Below, in pieces: positions 1 to 11,333 of a DNA stretch of 64,000 bases. Position 1 is the first letter of the stretch. Each line of letters opens with the position of its first letter. The notes below the pieces were generated by a model. The model was not told the origin of the DNA, did not search any database, and saw only the letters and a program-made list of their open reading frames with translations. Made by a program: the position numbers and the translations under genes. The stretch covers positions 1,024,001 through 1,088,000 of the forward strand of contig CAWDSK010000003.1 in NCBI GenBank assembly GCA_963804995.1. Direction: 5' to 3'. The DNA comes from an uncultured Acidobacteriota bacterium (lineage in GTDB: Bacteria; Acidobacteriota; Terriglobia; UBA7540).

Positions 1-740
1 GTGTTCTGCAATAACGCGATCGCCTCACGGCACGTCCGCCGTGTCAGAATTCCCGCGATCAGCGCATAGGTTGGAATGCCCACATCAGGTGGAACGCTGG
101 GGTGAGTGCCCGACGTGGTCCACACCAGTGACAAACCGTGCTCATTCATCCCAGCGGCGGTCCAGAGTCCCGGGTAGGCGTAAGTCAGGGTAGCCGGCAT
201 GGAGTCACTCTGCAATCGCACGAGGCTGGACCAGAGATAAACAGATGGAGACCAATCCCAGTTCTGGCCGATCACGGCTGATCCATCCACCGTGCCCTTC
301 CCGGTGGCGCCAATGGCTGTGCAGCTATGTGTGTGCCCGATCTCTTCATGAAGGAGCAGCAGAACAATCTCCTGCATCGAGCGTCCACTTCCTTCTGCCA
401 TGCCCTGGATAAATTCCCAGACGGGCTTCTGCCATTCCGCCAGAACTTTGCCACAGCTTTCGGCGTAGGCCAATCTGAGGGAATCGGGTGCGAGCTCCTG
501 GTGGAGAAAAACCCCTATCGCTTCTGCCTGACTATTGCCGTAGTCACGTCCACAATCACGCGCTGTCCCGCGAAATTCGGCCAATTGGTAATTGCTCTTC
601 TGGCGCGGCCGCGCTGCGGGCATTTGGGTGGAGGAGAGCCGCTCCATATACTTTGCGAGTGATCCCTTGGCGGTGGATAAGCTGTCGGTCAAGCAAACTG
701 TTGACAACCCCAATTGTTTCAGCATGCGCCTTCGATTCAT
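1..740 (-). CDS. C45-family Ntn hydrolase/acyltransferase (AAT-like) with Tat-like signal; runs off window edge
   Basis: Not in ORF track. Manual translation: MNRRRMLKQLGL...HEEIGHTHSCTAIGATGKGTVDGSAVIGQNWDW...AGMNEHGL (C45 CT...GQNWDW and GMNExG motifs); AGGAGGAGG RBS upstream of the ATG at 740. Confidence 0.85.
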   Translation of the reverse strand, partial: MNRRRMLKQLGLSTVCLTDSLSTAKGSLAKYMERLSSTQMPAARPRQKSNYQLAEFRGTARDCGRDYGNSQAEAIGVFLHQELAPDSLRLAYAESCGKVLAEWQKPVWEFIQGMAEGSGRSMQEIVLLLLHEEIGHTHSCTAIGATGKGTVDGSAVIGQNWDWSPSVYLWSSLVRLQSDSMPATLTYAYPGLWTAAGMNEHGLSLVWTTSGTHPSVPPDVGIPTYALIAGILTRRTCREAIALLQN

Positions 741-1014
741 ACGTGCCCTCCTCCTGCTGGATCCCGGTCAATTTCGATGTCAGTTTTACTCTATAGTTCA
801 ACTCAACACAATTGTATTCCCGCGGGCGGGCGCGCGCGTTGCCGGTAACCACCCTGGCGCGACTGCGGCACCCCTCCTGAATCAGAAGGGGTGCCGCGCA
901 AAAAAAGCAGGGTATCAGAGTCTATGCTTTTCACACTCTGCGGCTCTTAATATGATGAATATACACTGTATTATTAACACGCGGGTTTGACACCGGAGGC
1001 GGTAATGCAAAAAA

Positions 1015-1130
1015 CAGGTGACAGGGAATAGGGAACGGAAGTACAGGGAACAGGGAATAGGGAACAGGGAACAGCGCGACAGTCACCCGCGACGAGCGGA
1101 AAGGCAAGAGATTGGGAACAGGGAACAGAG
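1015..1130. repeat. Degenerate heptamer tandem repeats (GGGAACA/GGGAATA)
   Basis: acagggaatagggaacgg...cagggaacagggaatagggaacagggaacag...gggaacagggaacag. Confidence 0.8.
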
Positions 1131-1233
1131 GCGCAGAGGCTTGAAAACAAAGGGTCATTTCTCTGCGTCTCAGCGTCTCAGCGGTGAAAATGGTATTTTT
1201 TCACACCTTCGGACGCCCGTGGCACAGCGGACG

Positions 1234-2562
1234 CTATCGGGCCTGCCCGTTAAGGTAGGTAATCACGCCGTGCGCGAGATCTTCTCCCCCCTCTTCGGTG
1301 AAGGGCGAAACGCCAGGTTCGTAACCTCCGTAACCGAATTCAGTCTTGGTGGGCAGATAGCCGAGCCAGCCATTGGTATATCCGAAATAGAACGTGTAGG
1401 GGAACTGCGAATGGTTCCGCACGTCCATGGAGATTTCGCAGAAAAGTTCGAGCGGCGCGGCCCAGATGGCCACATCCTTATTGATCCGCAAGAAGCGCAC
1501 CGGCATGCGAATCATGGCGCCTCCCGTGCTCGTCGTGCGCAGGTAGTTGCCGAGGTCAGGCGCCCAACCCAGTCCTGCTTTGCGCGGCGATTCCACAATT
1601 GTCTCACCCGTGGTGAGATCCACCTCCGAAGTCGTGGGGCCCAGGCGCGCGTTGGCCGCGATAATCGGGTCGCCCAGCAGCACCTCAAATGCCTCCAGGT
1701 GCCCGCTCTCGAAGTCCGGATAGACGGTATAGATGGGCGCCTGGTTGCCCGCCGCCCCGTTGATATAGAGCACCGGTGCGCCCAGTTTCCGCTCGACGTA
1801 AGCCTCCACGGCGCCGGGGGCGTCGCCGCTGATCAGATTATTCTCGCCGCCCAGGGCGGTGCCGTGCATGCTGTAGTTGGCGATCAGGGCCAGCAGTTTT
1901 CCATCGGCCTTCTCCAAACGCAAGAGCCCGATCTGGTGATCGACGGGGCCGTCGGGATTCAAGCCCAGGAACGTCGGACCGTCCTCATTCCGCGCCCGGC
2001 GGTTGATGGCCGCGTTCGCGTATCCCCAGCCCACGCCCAACTTTGCCGGCTCCAACTTCTCCCGCGCTTCCTTGATGCCATCGAGCAATTGCTTCTTCAC
2101 CTGGGCCGTGTAGACGCTGTTGTGATCGTGCTCATACCGCCCCTTCAGGAAGGCTTCTCCCATCCCCGGCGGCCCCACCTCCGGAGCGGCATGCGTGTGA
2201 GTCGTACTCCACCAAACCGTGAGGTTCTTCGTTCCTGCCTGCTCCTTCGCTGCCCGGGAGATCTCGTCATAAACCGAGGGAGAGACAAGGCAGATGTCGG
2301 TCGAAATCAGGATGAACTGGGTCTTGCCATCGTCCATCGCGACGATGCGGTGAAAGATGTGATCGTGCGTGCCGGTCGATTGTCGGGGGCCGTAGCCCAG
2401 CAGCCATTGCGGCGTGTCCGGGGTGATATCAATCTTGACCACCGAGGCACGAAACTGGCCGGCCAGGGCGGTGAGGGAACTCATCACCATCGCCAATAAA
2501 AAAACCGGGATGATAGCCACCCTGCCCCAGCGGTTTACTTTTGCCACTCGCCTGTTCACCAT
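1234..2562 (-). CDS. Neutral/alkaline ceramidase-like family secreted hydrolase
   Basis: Signal peptide; DITP...GY, THTHAAP, NYSMHGT, NGAAGNQ and GYLPT...YE motifs. Confidence 0.8.
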   Translation of the reverse strand: MVNRRVAKVNRWGRVAIIPVFLLAMVMSSLTALAGQFRASVVKIDITPDTPQWLLGYGPRQSTGTHDHIFHRIVAMDDGKTQFILISTDICLVSPSVYDEISRAAKEQAGTKNLTVWWSTTHTHAAPEVGPPGMGEAFLKGRYEHDHNSVYTAQVKKQLLDGIKEAREKLEPAKLGVGWGYANAAINRRARNEDGPTFLGLNPDGPVDHQIGLLRLEKADGKLLALIANYSMHGTALGGENNLISGDAPGAVEAYVERKLGAPVLYINGAAGNQAPIYTVYPDFESGHLEAFEVLLGDPIIAANARLGPTTSEVDLTTGETIVESPRKAGLGWAPDLGNYLRTTSTGGAMIRMPVRFLRINKDVAIWAAPLELFCEISMDVRNHSQFPYTFYFGYTNGWLGYLPTKTEFGYGGYEPGVSPFTEEGGEDLAHGVITYLNGQAR

Positions 2563-3010
2563 GATTTACTCCTTCTCACTGCGTTTTTGAAAATTGCGGG
2601 GGTTGCGCCGGAAAGAACCGAAGCCCGCCTGGTCTCTCTCCCCGTTGGCTAACTAAGAGTCTTCCCCGGGTGTGTACGGCCCCTTTTTCAATTCGGAAAA
2701 TATTTGAGCAACATCCTGGGAAGACATGCCACTCTTCACAGCGGCTTTATCTACCCGCCGGGATGATATGGTTATCTAACTTCGCTGTCAAACTTGAATT
2801 GGCGGATTTGTCTTGCGGGAGAGGAAGGGTTTGTAATGAAAGCCGCCCTGCGCTACCCGCGGACCATCGCATGGCAATGAATTCGCCTAAACAGAATCAG
2901 GCGGGGCAGATTGGGTAGCGCAGAGTGTGGGCCTTTCACACTCTGCGGCTCTTAATTTGATAAAGATGCGCCGTAACGTCATGTCGGCGAGCGTGAGCGT
3001 GTCTGAAGAA

Positions 3011-3300
3011 GAGCCGCAGAGTCTCGAAAAGCACGAGACTCTGCGCTACCTACCGAGACACGCTGTGCAATCTGTGTTAAGGCTTGAGAGGTACGGAGGA
3101 CACAGAGAGCCGCAGAGTCTCGAAAAGCGCGAGATTCTGCGCTACCTACCGAGACACGCTGTGCAATCTGTGTTAAGGCTTGAGAGGTACGGAGGACACA
3201 GAGAGCCGCAGAGTCTCGAAAAGCGCGAGATTCTGCGCTACCTACCGAGACACGCTGTGCAATCTGTGTTAAGGCTTGAGAAGTACAGAGGACACAGAGA
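3011..3300 (+). repeat. Three tandem 96-bp units, each with a REP hairpin (GCAGAGTCTCG-loop-CGAGAYTCTGCGCTAC)
   Basis: Units start at 3011, 3107 and 3203 and are near-identical; each hairpin ends in CTAC (GTAG-type REP). Confidence 0.95.
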
Positions 3301-3360
3301 GTTTCGTTTTGCTTTTGGCCCCGCCGCGCTGCGCTACTTGCTTCGACATCAAGGGAAGAG

Positions 3361-3393
3361 CCCACGGTCAAAACGACATTGACCGTGGCTACC
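3361..3393. repeat. REP hairpin family 2 (CCCACGGTCA-loop-TGACCGTGGCTAC)
   Basis: Same motif recurs at 46820-46853, 60144-60179 and 60295-60328. Confidence 0.85.
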
Positions 3394-3461
3394 CGCTGGG
3401 GTATGAAGGAGATGAATTTGGATTGCCGGTCAAGATCTTGCACGGCGGAGGAAACCCTAAA

Positions 3462-5785
3462 ATGAACAGACGGGAATTTCTGGGCAGCAGCGTGGTTCTA
3501 GCGTCAGGGATCGCCAAGGGCACGGGCACGGGAGGAGAGCCCCAGACCCCGGATCGCGCCCGATCGCTGCTGGTCCCTGGTCCGGACATGCCGGAGCTGG
3601 TCGTTGATGCTCGGCAATCGCCCGGCTGCGCTCACTCCACGCGGCGAGGGAGAAGCCACCCTCCGGGCGCCGGAATCCGAGGTGACGCTCGAGGCACGCT
3701 TCTCGCGGGAGGGACCTTTCGAATTCTGCCGCATACGGCACGCGCCCGGCTCATTCCTGGCTCCGGAAGAGCTGAAGCTCGAGTGGGGATTTCCCATGCA
3801 GTACAACGAGTCGATGACCTTCGACGTCGACGCGCTCGCCGGCCATCCCCTCTACCTTCCGGATAGCTCCATCCCGCCTGCGCATTATCTGAACTGGGGA
3901 ACGCTATTCTACAATCGCGAACGTAATCTGGCGATCGGCACCAAGCTGCGTGGCGCGCCGCCAGCCGCCGGCCGCTGGGGCGCGCGAACCGGCCCCACCA
4001 GTCCAACCGAACTGCACATCTGGACGGAAACCGGCTCGCCGGATCTGGAGGTCACCATCTTTACGTGGCATCCCGCCGACCCGCGTCTGTGGTGGGCGGA
4101 GTGGTATCAGGAGGAGGAACGACGCGAGCCGGGCGTGCATCGGTCCATGTTCCCGGTGCTGAGCGCGCTGCAGATAAGCTGGGCGCCGGGGGAGCGGCAG
4201 ACCATCCAGATCGTGCCGGGCCCTGCCGACGACGGCCGCGCCATGGTTTGGACGCTGATCGACGATGTGTCGGGCCAGGTGGTACGCCGAGCGCCATTTC
4301 ACTTACCAGTTGCCTGTCACGAATCTCACCGTCGAGGTGGGTAATTGGCCGACGGGATTGTATCGCGCCGTGGTGACTCCGGCCGGCGAGAAGGTGGACG
4401 GCTCGGTGCGCCGGCTCAGCCAAAAAATGATGAACCTGATCGTGCGGCCTCGCGCAAAGCTCGCGTCAGGTTCTGTTTGTCGCCCCCACGGACATGTGGC
4501 GCGCTTACGCGAGTAACGGCGGCCACGCCATGACCTCCTGGCGGGAATCCTGGCATTACGATAGCGTCGGCTACTCGCCCACTGTGCTGAACACGCGATT
4601 CCGCCGCAGCAATCACTACTACTACGGCCTGTACGAGCGCTGGTCTGACATCAAACACTATCGGTACCTGCGCGAGTTGGCGCGGCAGGATGGCCTCGCA
4701 ATCGACTACTGCACGCAGGACGACATCGCCGGCGGCCGCGTGCGACTTGACGATTACCGGCTGGTGTTGCTGGGCAATCACGCCGAATTCACCACGCTGC
4801 CTTGCTTCATGAACTTTCGCAGCTACCTGGCGCGCGGCGGTGCGGTGATGGTGCATGGCGGTGATTCGTTTGCGGTGATTGTGGAGTATCTGCCCAGCCC
4901 CGAAGAGCGCCGCTATATCTGGCAGCGGGAGCACGTCTGGATGCACCTGACGTATTCGAGCGATGATTTCCAGCCGCCCGAACTGCTTCCGCTCGATGCC
5001 GCCGCCGATACGCCCATCACTCATCCCGAGGCCGGAGGCGCGGTCGATTATCTGAATGTGTTTCATGTGAGCGTCGCGCATTGGACGGACTCCGGACGCG
5101 CCGTCGTCTCAAACGTGGACCATCCCATCGTGCGCGGGCTGGGATTGAAGCTCGGGGATCCCGTGCCGGGGCGCTGGGCGGGCGAAGCCGATATGATTTA
5201 CGAGCCGGCAGCGTGGGATGTTCTGGCTCGGTCGGTAGAGGCAATTACCGAGCCCGCGGAGGATTTCCAGGAGCGTGTCAAGCAGGCCCCGTTCCATCGC
5301 CCGGGAATCTCCGTGCACAAGAACCTGCGGCTGGCCGTGATTTCCGGCGAAAATTTTACCGGCATCCTGGATGATCCCGCCAACACGCTTTTCCGTTCAC
5401 TCTACGCGCGAACCGTGCACTACTTTCTCGATAGCGCTCCGGTTCCGGAAGATGGCCAGGCTTTGCACGCGACTGGCGACGGCACGGAGTTCGTCTTGGC
5501 TGCGCCCGCGACCATCCGGGCGATTCGGTATGAGCTTCCCGAGCTGATCGATTTTTCGGATCCCCTCTGGTTCCGCAAGCCCTGGCCGTATGCGCATTAC
5601 GTGGTGGAGGTTCGGAAGATGGGAGCACATGGACGGTGCTTGCCGACCGGCGGCATGGTCCGTGGCGCGGTTTGCAGACAGATCGGTTCGCCCCCGTCAA
5701 GGTGTCGCGAGTGCGGCTGTCAGGCACTCTATCGAACGGCGAAACTTTCCGTGTCAATAACGTTCGAGTCTTCGGGAGCGAATGA
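3462..5785 (+). CDS. Tat-exported protein with an N,N-dimethylformamidase beta-subunit-like C-terminal domain; several frameshifts
   Basis: MNRREFLG Tat motif. The coding frame passes through ORFs 3604-4344, 4265-4516 and 4494-5831; contains a MWRAYASNGG (TWQAYNxWGG-like) and an LLGNHAEF motif. The reconstructed end is ...NNVRVFGSE* at 5785. Confidence 0.6.
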
Positions 5786-5844
5786 CCGGAGCGGCGCTGG
5801 CGCGGGCCGAACGCCGTTCGGCCCTATTTAGGTGTAGCCGTGAA

Positions 5845-6438
5845 TCACGGCTTAGGCGCGCTGAAATCCACCTTGGGAGCTTGGCGCGCTGACTCGGCAG
5901 CCGCAAAGTAGTCATTATTTCGCTGGAAGCCAGCCCAACCGGCAAAGATGCTGTTGGGGAAAAGGCCGATGTAGGTGTTGTAATCCTGGATGGCCTCGTT
6001 ATACCGGCGGCGTTCGACGGCGATGCGGTTTTCGCTCCCGGCCAGCTCATCTTGTAAGGGCCATGAAGTTCTGATCGGATTTGAGATTGGGATAGTTCTC
6101 GACAATGAGCAGCAGCCTGCCCAGAGCGCCATCCAGTTGGCCATTCGCGGCGATCTTGTCGGCGGGTGTCCGGGCATTCAGCAAACCGGCGCGGGCATTG
6201 GCGATGTCTCCGAACACGGTCTGCTCCTGCTTCGCATAGCCCTTCACCGTTTCCACGAGGTTGGGAATCAGGTCGGCGCGCCGCTGCAGCACCACATCCA
6301 CCTGCGCCCAGGCTTGCTTGATGGCTTCATTCTTGCGCACCATTTCGTTTTTGCTGCTGACGTAAGATCCCCCAATGATGAGGGCCACCAACACCAGTAA
6401 TGCCACCACAACTCCCACCACAGCCAGCGTATCTTCAT
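5845..6438 (-). CDS. lemA: LemA family protein (frameshifted near 6060 and 6430)
   Basis: [58 protein letters not shown]. Confidence 0.92.
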
Positions 6439-6526
6439 GACCTTCCTCCGAGTAATGTAGAGGCGGCGGAACCTGTCCCGATCTGATCGGAACGCCGCCA
6501 TATGGCGAGGTAAACTCGCCGCTACT

Positions 6527-7262
6527 CTATCCCTTTGCCGGTGGAACTGCCAGCCGGCGGTCAATCTCGTCCGTAACCTTGGAGACCCTGTCCAGGTACG
6601 CGCCGAATGTTGCCTGGACATCCACATCACGTTCCCGCTTGTGCCCTTCACGAATTTCGAAGATGGTGTGAAAGGGAGAGGGATCAAACCCCAGCACGGA
6701 TCCCAGGCGGTCCACGGAACTTCGCTTGCTTGGCGGTGGCTCCTCCCCCAGAGCAATCAAGGCATGCCGGAACAGCGCGGCAAACGTGGAAATGGAGGAG
6801 GTCATCAGTTCCAGGGTCTTCTGGGAGTCCGTAGGATACCTCAGGTAGTGCTGCCGCAAGCGCAGCGTATTGTTCCGCAGCTCTCTTTCCACTTGCAGGC
6901 GGTGAAGGTCCATCGGAACGTCCAGCGAGGCCATCACATCTTCGCCGTAGAAAACGCGATGCGCCGCTTTGATGTCCAATAGTTCGATGGCGAAAACATC
7001 GGCGGAATGGTGAAGCTCGACAGAGGGTAAAGAAGAGCGGCGCGGGGTGCCCCTTCTTGGCCCACCAGGCCGAAGCATCGCGCAACTTGCCCAAATCGTC
7101 CCGGCCCAGACTCTGCATGATGCAGAGAGTATTCAAGTCAGAATGCCCTGGGTGGAACTCTTCGGTGGCTGCCGAACCGTAAAGTACTACGGAGAGCAGG
7201 TTGCTTCCCGCGGCATCCTTCAGTCTAGTGACCAGGTCTGCCAGGTCCTTTTCTGCAATCAT
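6527..7262 (-). CDS. Nucleotidyltransferase-fold protein (frameshift near 7030)
   Basis: VVLYGSAA...SDLN pol-beta-like motif in 6684-7262, continuing in the frame of 6527-7078 (SADVFAIELLDIK...LRLRQHY). Confidence 0.8.
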
Positions 7263-7301
7263 AGTTCTCGCTCCCGGAGTGTCTCTCGGTGAGATGATTG
7301 G

Positions 7302-8126
7302 TTACCAGCTTCCGCCGGCTCCACCCCCACCTGAGGAACCTCCACCAAAACCCCCGAAGCCTCCGCCGCCTCCACCCCCGCCAAAACCCCCGCCACCCCA
7401 GCCGTCGCTACGTCCTCCGCCTCCGGTCAAGAGAGACAGCAGAAAGAGTGGACCAAGGAACTTGAGTAAAATCGGCACCACGACAATAAAAATAATCACG
7501 AGAAGGATGATCTGTCCCGGTGTCAGGTTTAATTCCTGCCCCCCGCCATTGCGAGCGGGATGAGCCACCGCCGGGGAGTCAGCCAGGCTGTCCAGAGAAA
7601 CGTGGCTGTCCTGCGCAATCACCGCCGCGATCTGGCTCACCATTTGCACGACGGCGCCGTTGTAGTCGCCCTGGCGCAACAACGGAACCATGCTGCGTCC
7701 GAACCCACCCACTTTGCCGTCAGGAAGGATAGGTTCAAGGCCGTAGCCGACCTCGGTCCAGTACTTGTGATCGTCCGTGGCAAGCAGGACCATCACGCCG
7801 CGGTCCGTTCCCTTGTACCCCACGCCCCACTTCTGGAAAAGGTGGTTGGCGAAGTCTTCCACCGCGTCACCTTCCAGAGTCTTGACGGTGACCACCGCAA
7901 TCTGCGCCTTGGCTTTTTGATCGACCTCCGTACTCAGCCGGGTAAGTCTCGCAACCGCCGTCGGGCTGAGCACGCCGGCAAAGTCATTGACGTACCCCTG
8001 GGGGTTGAGCTTTTGCCACTGGTCCGCGTGGACAGGCGCACCGGGAATAGCCGTGAGAAACAGGATGAATATGGGAAGCGGGGTGCAACGGAAAGGCAAT
8101 TTGAATTTGCTGGATATGGACCGCAT
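7302..8126 (-). CDS. TPM domain (YgcG-like) membrane protein with Gly-rich tail
   Basis: YVNDFAGVLS, QIAVVTV, EVGYGLEPILPD, one TM helix, GGFGGGSSGGGGAGGSW tail. Confidence 0.92.
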   Translation of the reverse strand: MRSISSKFKLPFRCTPLPIFILFLTAIPGAPVHADQWQKLNPQGYVNDFAGVLSPTAVARLTRLSTEVDQKAKAQIAVVTVKTLEGDAVEDFANHLFQKWGVGYKGTDRGVMVLLATDDHKYWTEVGYGLEPILPDGKVGGFGRSMVPLLRQGDYNGAVVQMVSQIAAVIAQDSHVSLDSLADSPAVAHPARNGGGQELNLTPGQIILLVIIFIVVVPILLKFLGPLFLLSLLTGGGGRSDGWGGGGFGGGGGGGGFGGFGGGSSGGGGAGGSW

Positions 8127-8597
8127 TATTCCCCGGGGAGTCGATCCCCAAAAGCTATTTGCCGGAGTCGCATCATTGTGCCATTAACTCAGGATCGCGC
8201 GCGCCGCTAGCTTACCCTTTATCGTACACGGCATCGAAACCCGGCGCAACTTCCGGGACTTCGATCGACAGCCGGGTAACTAGGGTCCATCCCGGAGCAG
8301 CGCCGTTGTGCATACGAATCCGCTTGATGATCCACCTGACACATGCCTCCAACCGGCCCACTGCTGGCGCGCTGTGTGGACTGGGAAAAAAATGGTGTAT
8401 ACTCATTAATGAGTCAAGGGCAGATAAAGAAACTTAAGGGCAGTACGACCTATGCTCCGCTTAAATAGCCAAGGCCTGGCGGGTGAACCGGCGCACAAAT
8501 GTTCGCCACATCGCCCCAGCGGCGGTCGTTGATTTCCAGGAAACAACGCAGCGGGATCACGTTGAACGCGTCACATTGACGTTATTCCCATACACTG

Positions 8598-10997
8598 ATG
8601 ACATTCTCTGAGACTCTGATGCGCCAAGGTTTGCGCCTGGGCTGGCCGCCCCATACATTCGCAACGATAAGGCGATCGACTTCATTTGCCGCGATTTCGA
8701 TCCTCCTGCTTACACTGATTGCAAAGCCCGCGAGCGGATCCCCATCCCCCTTGGCCAGTCTAGCCGGGACGGTGATCGATTCCAGCGGCGCGCCCATCCC
8801 CAAGGCCCACGTCATGGCAGCGGGCCACAGCTTCCGTCTGACCACCACCACGGACGACCAGGGCCGCTTTGCATTTGAGAACCTACCCGCGTCGACCGGC
8901 CAGCTCACCGTCCAGGCTCCGGGTTTTACCCCCTTCACTCGGAATTGGAACGCTGGCGACCCCGAAAGCGCGCGCCTCCAGATCACCCTTCAGCCTGCTG
9001 CGGTTTCACAATCGATGACGGTAACCGCCACGCGCACGGCCACACGCCTTGACCAGACGGCCGCCGACGTTACCCTGGTGAACTCCACAGACCTTACCTC
9101 CACCGGGGCCATCGTGCTCGACGGCGCCCTGCGCCAAGTGCCCGGTTTCAGCCTGTTCCGCAGGTCCGACAGCCTCACCGCCAACCCCACTTCGCAGGGT
9201 GTCTCGCTGCGCGGCGTGGGAGCCAGCGGGCCCAGTCGCGCGCTTGTCCTGGAGGATGGCATTCCCATCACCGATCCTTTCGGCGGCTGGGTCTACTGGG
9301 ACCGGGTACCACGGCAATCCATCAGCGGTGTCGAGTTCGTCGCAGGAGGCTCTTCCGACCTCTATGGCTCAGACGCCATGGGCGGCGTCATTAATGTGCG
9401 CACATGGCCGCTTGATTCTTCCCACGTTTCTTTTGAGACTTCCTTTGGCAACCGGACGACGCCGGATCTTTCCGTTACCTCGGCGCTGGTGCAAGGCAAG
9501 TGGGGCTTGGGAGTTTCTGCTGACGGCTTTCACACCGACGGCTTTTACCTGGTGCCCGATAACCTGCGCGGGCGGGCCGATACCCTGGCGGGCGTGGACG
9601 ACCGGGCAGTGGACTTGATCCTCGATCGGCGCCTCACCGACCAGGCGAGGGTCTTCGTGCGTGGCGACTATCTGGGGGAAGCCCGCGGCGCGGGTCTCCT
9701 TAATGAAGCCAATCACACCACCCTTCGGCAGTTGGCTGCGGGCGCCGATTGGCAATCAGCCATCGTGGGCTCGTTCTCGCTTCGAGGTTACGGGGGGGAC
9801 GAGCTGTTCGACCAGAATTTCTTGTCGGCCTCCACGACTCGCGCCACGGATACGTTAACGAATGTGCAGCGCGTGCCGGTTCAGAACATCGGATTCAGCG
9901 CGCAGTGGTCACGCACCGCCGGTTCCTTCCAAACCCTGGTGGCAGGTTTTGAAGCAGAGGGGGTGCGCGGGGCGAGTAACGAGCTCAAGTTCACCGGCGG
10001 GAAGCTGACGCCCAGTTCCGCCGTGGGAGCAGGGGGACGCCAGCGAACCCTTGGGGGCTATGGCGAGGACGTTTTCAACTTCAAATCCAAGTGGGTGGTC
10101 ACGGTCGGCACGCGGCTAGACCACTGGCTGAATTATGATGCCCTCTCGACCACCTCGACCCTGCCCGGCCCCACCGCCAGAACCGTGAAGATCTTTCCCG
10201 ATCGTACGGAGCAAGCTTTGAGCCCGCGCCTCTCGGTCCTGCGACGCCTCCCGGGTGGGTTATCGCTGACCGGTTCGATCTATCGAGCCTTCCGCGCCCC
10301 CACCCTGAACGAGCTCTATCGCTCTTTCCGGCTTGGTAACGTGCTGACCAATGCCAACAACTACCTGGAAGCGGAGCACTTGACCGGCGCGGAAAGCGGC
10401 GCCACTTGGGCTTCTGGCGGGGGTCGGATGACGGCGCGCGGTGTCTTCTTCTGGAGTGATATCACCCGGCCCATTGAGAACGTCACCTTGACCATAACTC
10501 CGTCCCTAGTCACGAGGGAACGCGAGAACCTGGGCCGCACTCGGTCGCGCGGCGTCGATTTCGACTGGTCGGAGGACTTAACCCGTGCATTCCACTTGAA
10601 CGCGGGATACCAGTTCACGAATGCTACAGTTGTCAGCTACCCTGCCGGCATAAGCCTGGTGGGGCTGCGGATTCCGGAAGTCCCCCGTCACGAAGCGACC
10701 TTTCAGGTGCGTTATTCCAATTCCGGCACCACTCACCGGATGGGGCGAATCACGGCGGCCGTCCAAGGCCGCGCGGAGAGCTCCGCCTACGACGACGACC
10801 AAAACACGTTGCGCTTGAAGCCTTACTTCACGCTCGACGCCCTCCTGTCGCGACAGCTAGGCGCAAATACCGAGGTCTTTGCCGCCGCCCAAAACCTTAC
10901 CGATCAGCGCTACCAAACGGCGCTCACGCCCTATATCAATCTGGGTCCGCCGATCCTTTTCCGAGCTGGGGTCCGCTTTAACCTCGGCCGCCGATAA
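8598..10997 (+). CDS. TonB-dependent receptor with N-terminal carboxypeptidase-regulatory-like domain
   Basis: GTVIDSSGAPIP N-terminal domain; plug motifs LRGVG...LEDGIP and SDLYGSDAMGGVIN; FRAPTLNELYR; C-terminal barrel strand. Confidence 0.92.
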   Translation: MTFSETLMRQGLRLGWPPHTFATIRRSTSFAAISILLLTLIAKPASGSPSPLASLAGTVIDSSGAPIPKAHVMAAGHSFRLTTTTDDQGRFAFENLPASTGQLTVQAPGFTPFTRNWNAGDPESARLQITLQPAAVSQSMTVTATRTATRLDQTAADVTLVNSTDLTSTGAIVLDGALRQVPGFSLFRRSDSLTANPTSQGVSLRGVGASGPSRALVLEDGIPITDPFGGWVYWDRVPRQSISGVEFVAGGSSDLYGSDAMGGVINVRTWPLDSSHVSFETSFGNRTTPDLSVTSALVQGKWGLGVSADGFHTDGFYLVPDNLRGRADTLAGVDDRAVDLILDRRLTDQARVFVRGDYLGEARGAGLLNEANHTTLRQLAAGADWQSAIVGSFSLRGYGGDELFDQNFLSASTTRATDTLTNVQRVPVQNIGFSAQWSRTAGSFQTLVAGFEAEGVRGASNELKFTGGKLTPSSAVGAGGRQRTLGGYGEDVFNFKSKWVVTVGTRLDHWLNYDALSTTSTLPGPTARTVKIFPDRTEQALSPRLSVLRRLPGGLSLTGSIYRAFRAPTLNELYRSFRLGNVLTNANNYLEAEHLTGAESGATWASGGGRMTARGVFFWSDITRPIENVTLTITPSLVTRERENLGRTRSRGVDFDWSEDLTRAFHLNAGYQFTNATVVSYPAGISLVGLRIPEVPRHEATFQVRYSNSGTTHRMGRITAAVQGRAESSAYDDDQNTLRLKPYFTLDALLSRQLGANTEVFAAAQNLTDQRYQTALTPYINLGPPILFRAGVRFNLGRR

Positions 10998-11333
10998 TTT
11001 CCTGTTTGCCGTGAGAATAGCTCCCCTCCTTGACTGAGGAGGGTATTAAGGAGCTGTGGGATACGGGGACAAATCGCGCGGCTCAACCACCCACTAACCC
11101 CCTCCTTATCAAGGAGTTGAATCACCCACTGCTCTGATTTCTTGGCTACCCCTTAGCCCCAAGGAATCATCATATATACAATCAGCCTTAATGTCAGTTG
11201 CGCACCACCTGACCTTCCCTATACAATGCGCCCCAGATTCATTGGCCACGGCCTTCCGTGGATTCTCTTTCCGGAAGTGATCCCGTTCGCGATGACCGTG
11301 GGGAGCCAGGTTCTTTTCCAAAGGAGTCATGCT

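Noticed and set aside
1018..2499. 493-aa plus-strand ORF
   Set aside because: Antisense to the ceramidase-like gene and begins in heptamer repeats.
3011..3300. CRISPR array
   Set aside because: The spacers are near-identical rather than unique, and no cas genes are present; it is a REP-based tandem repeat.
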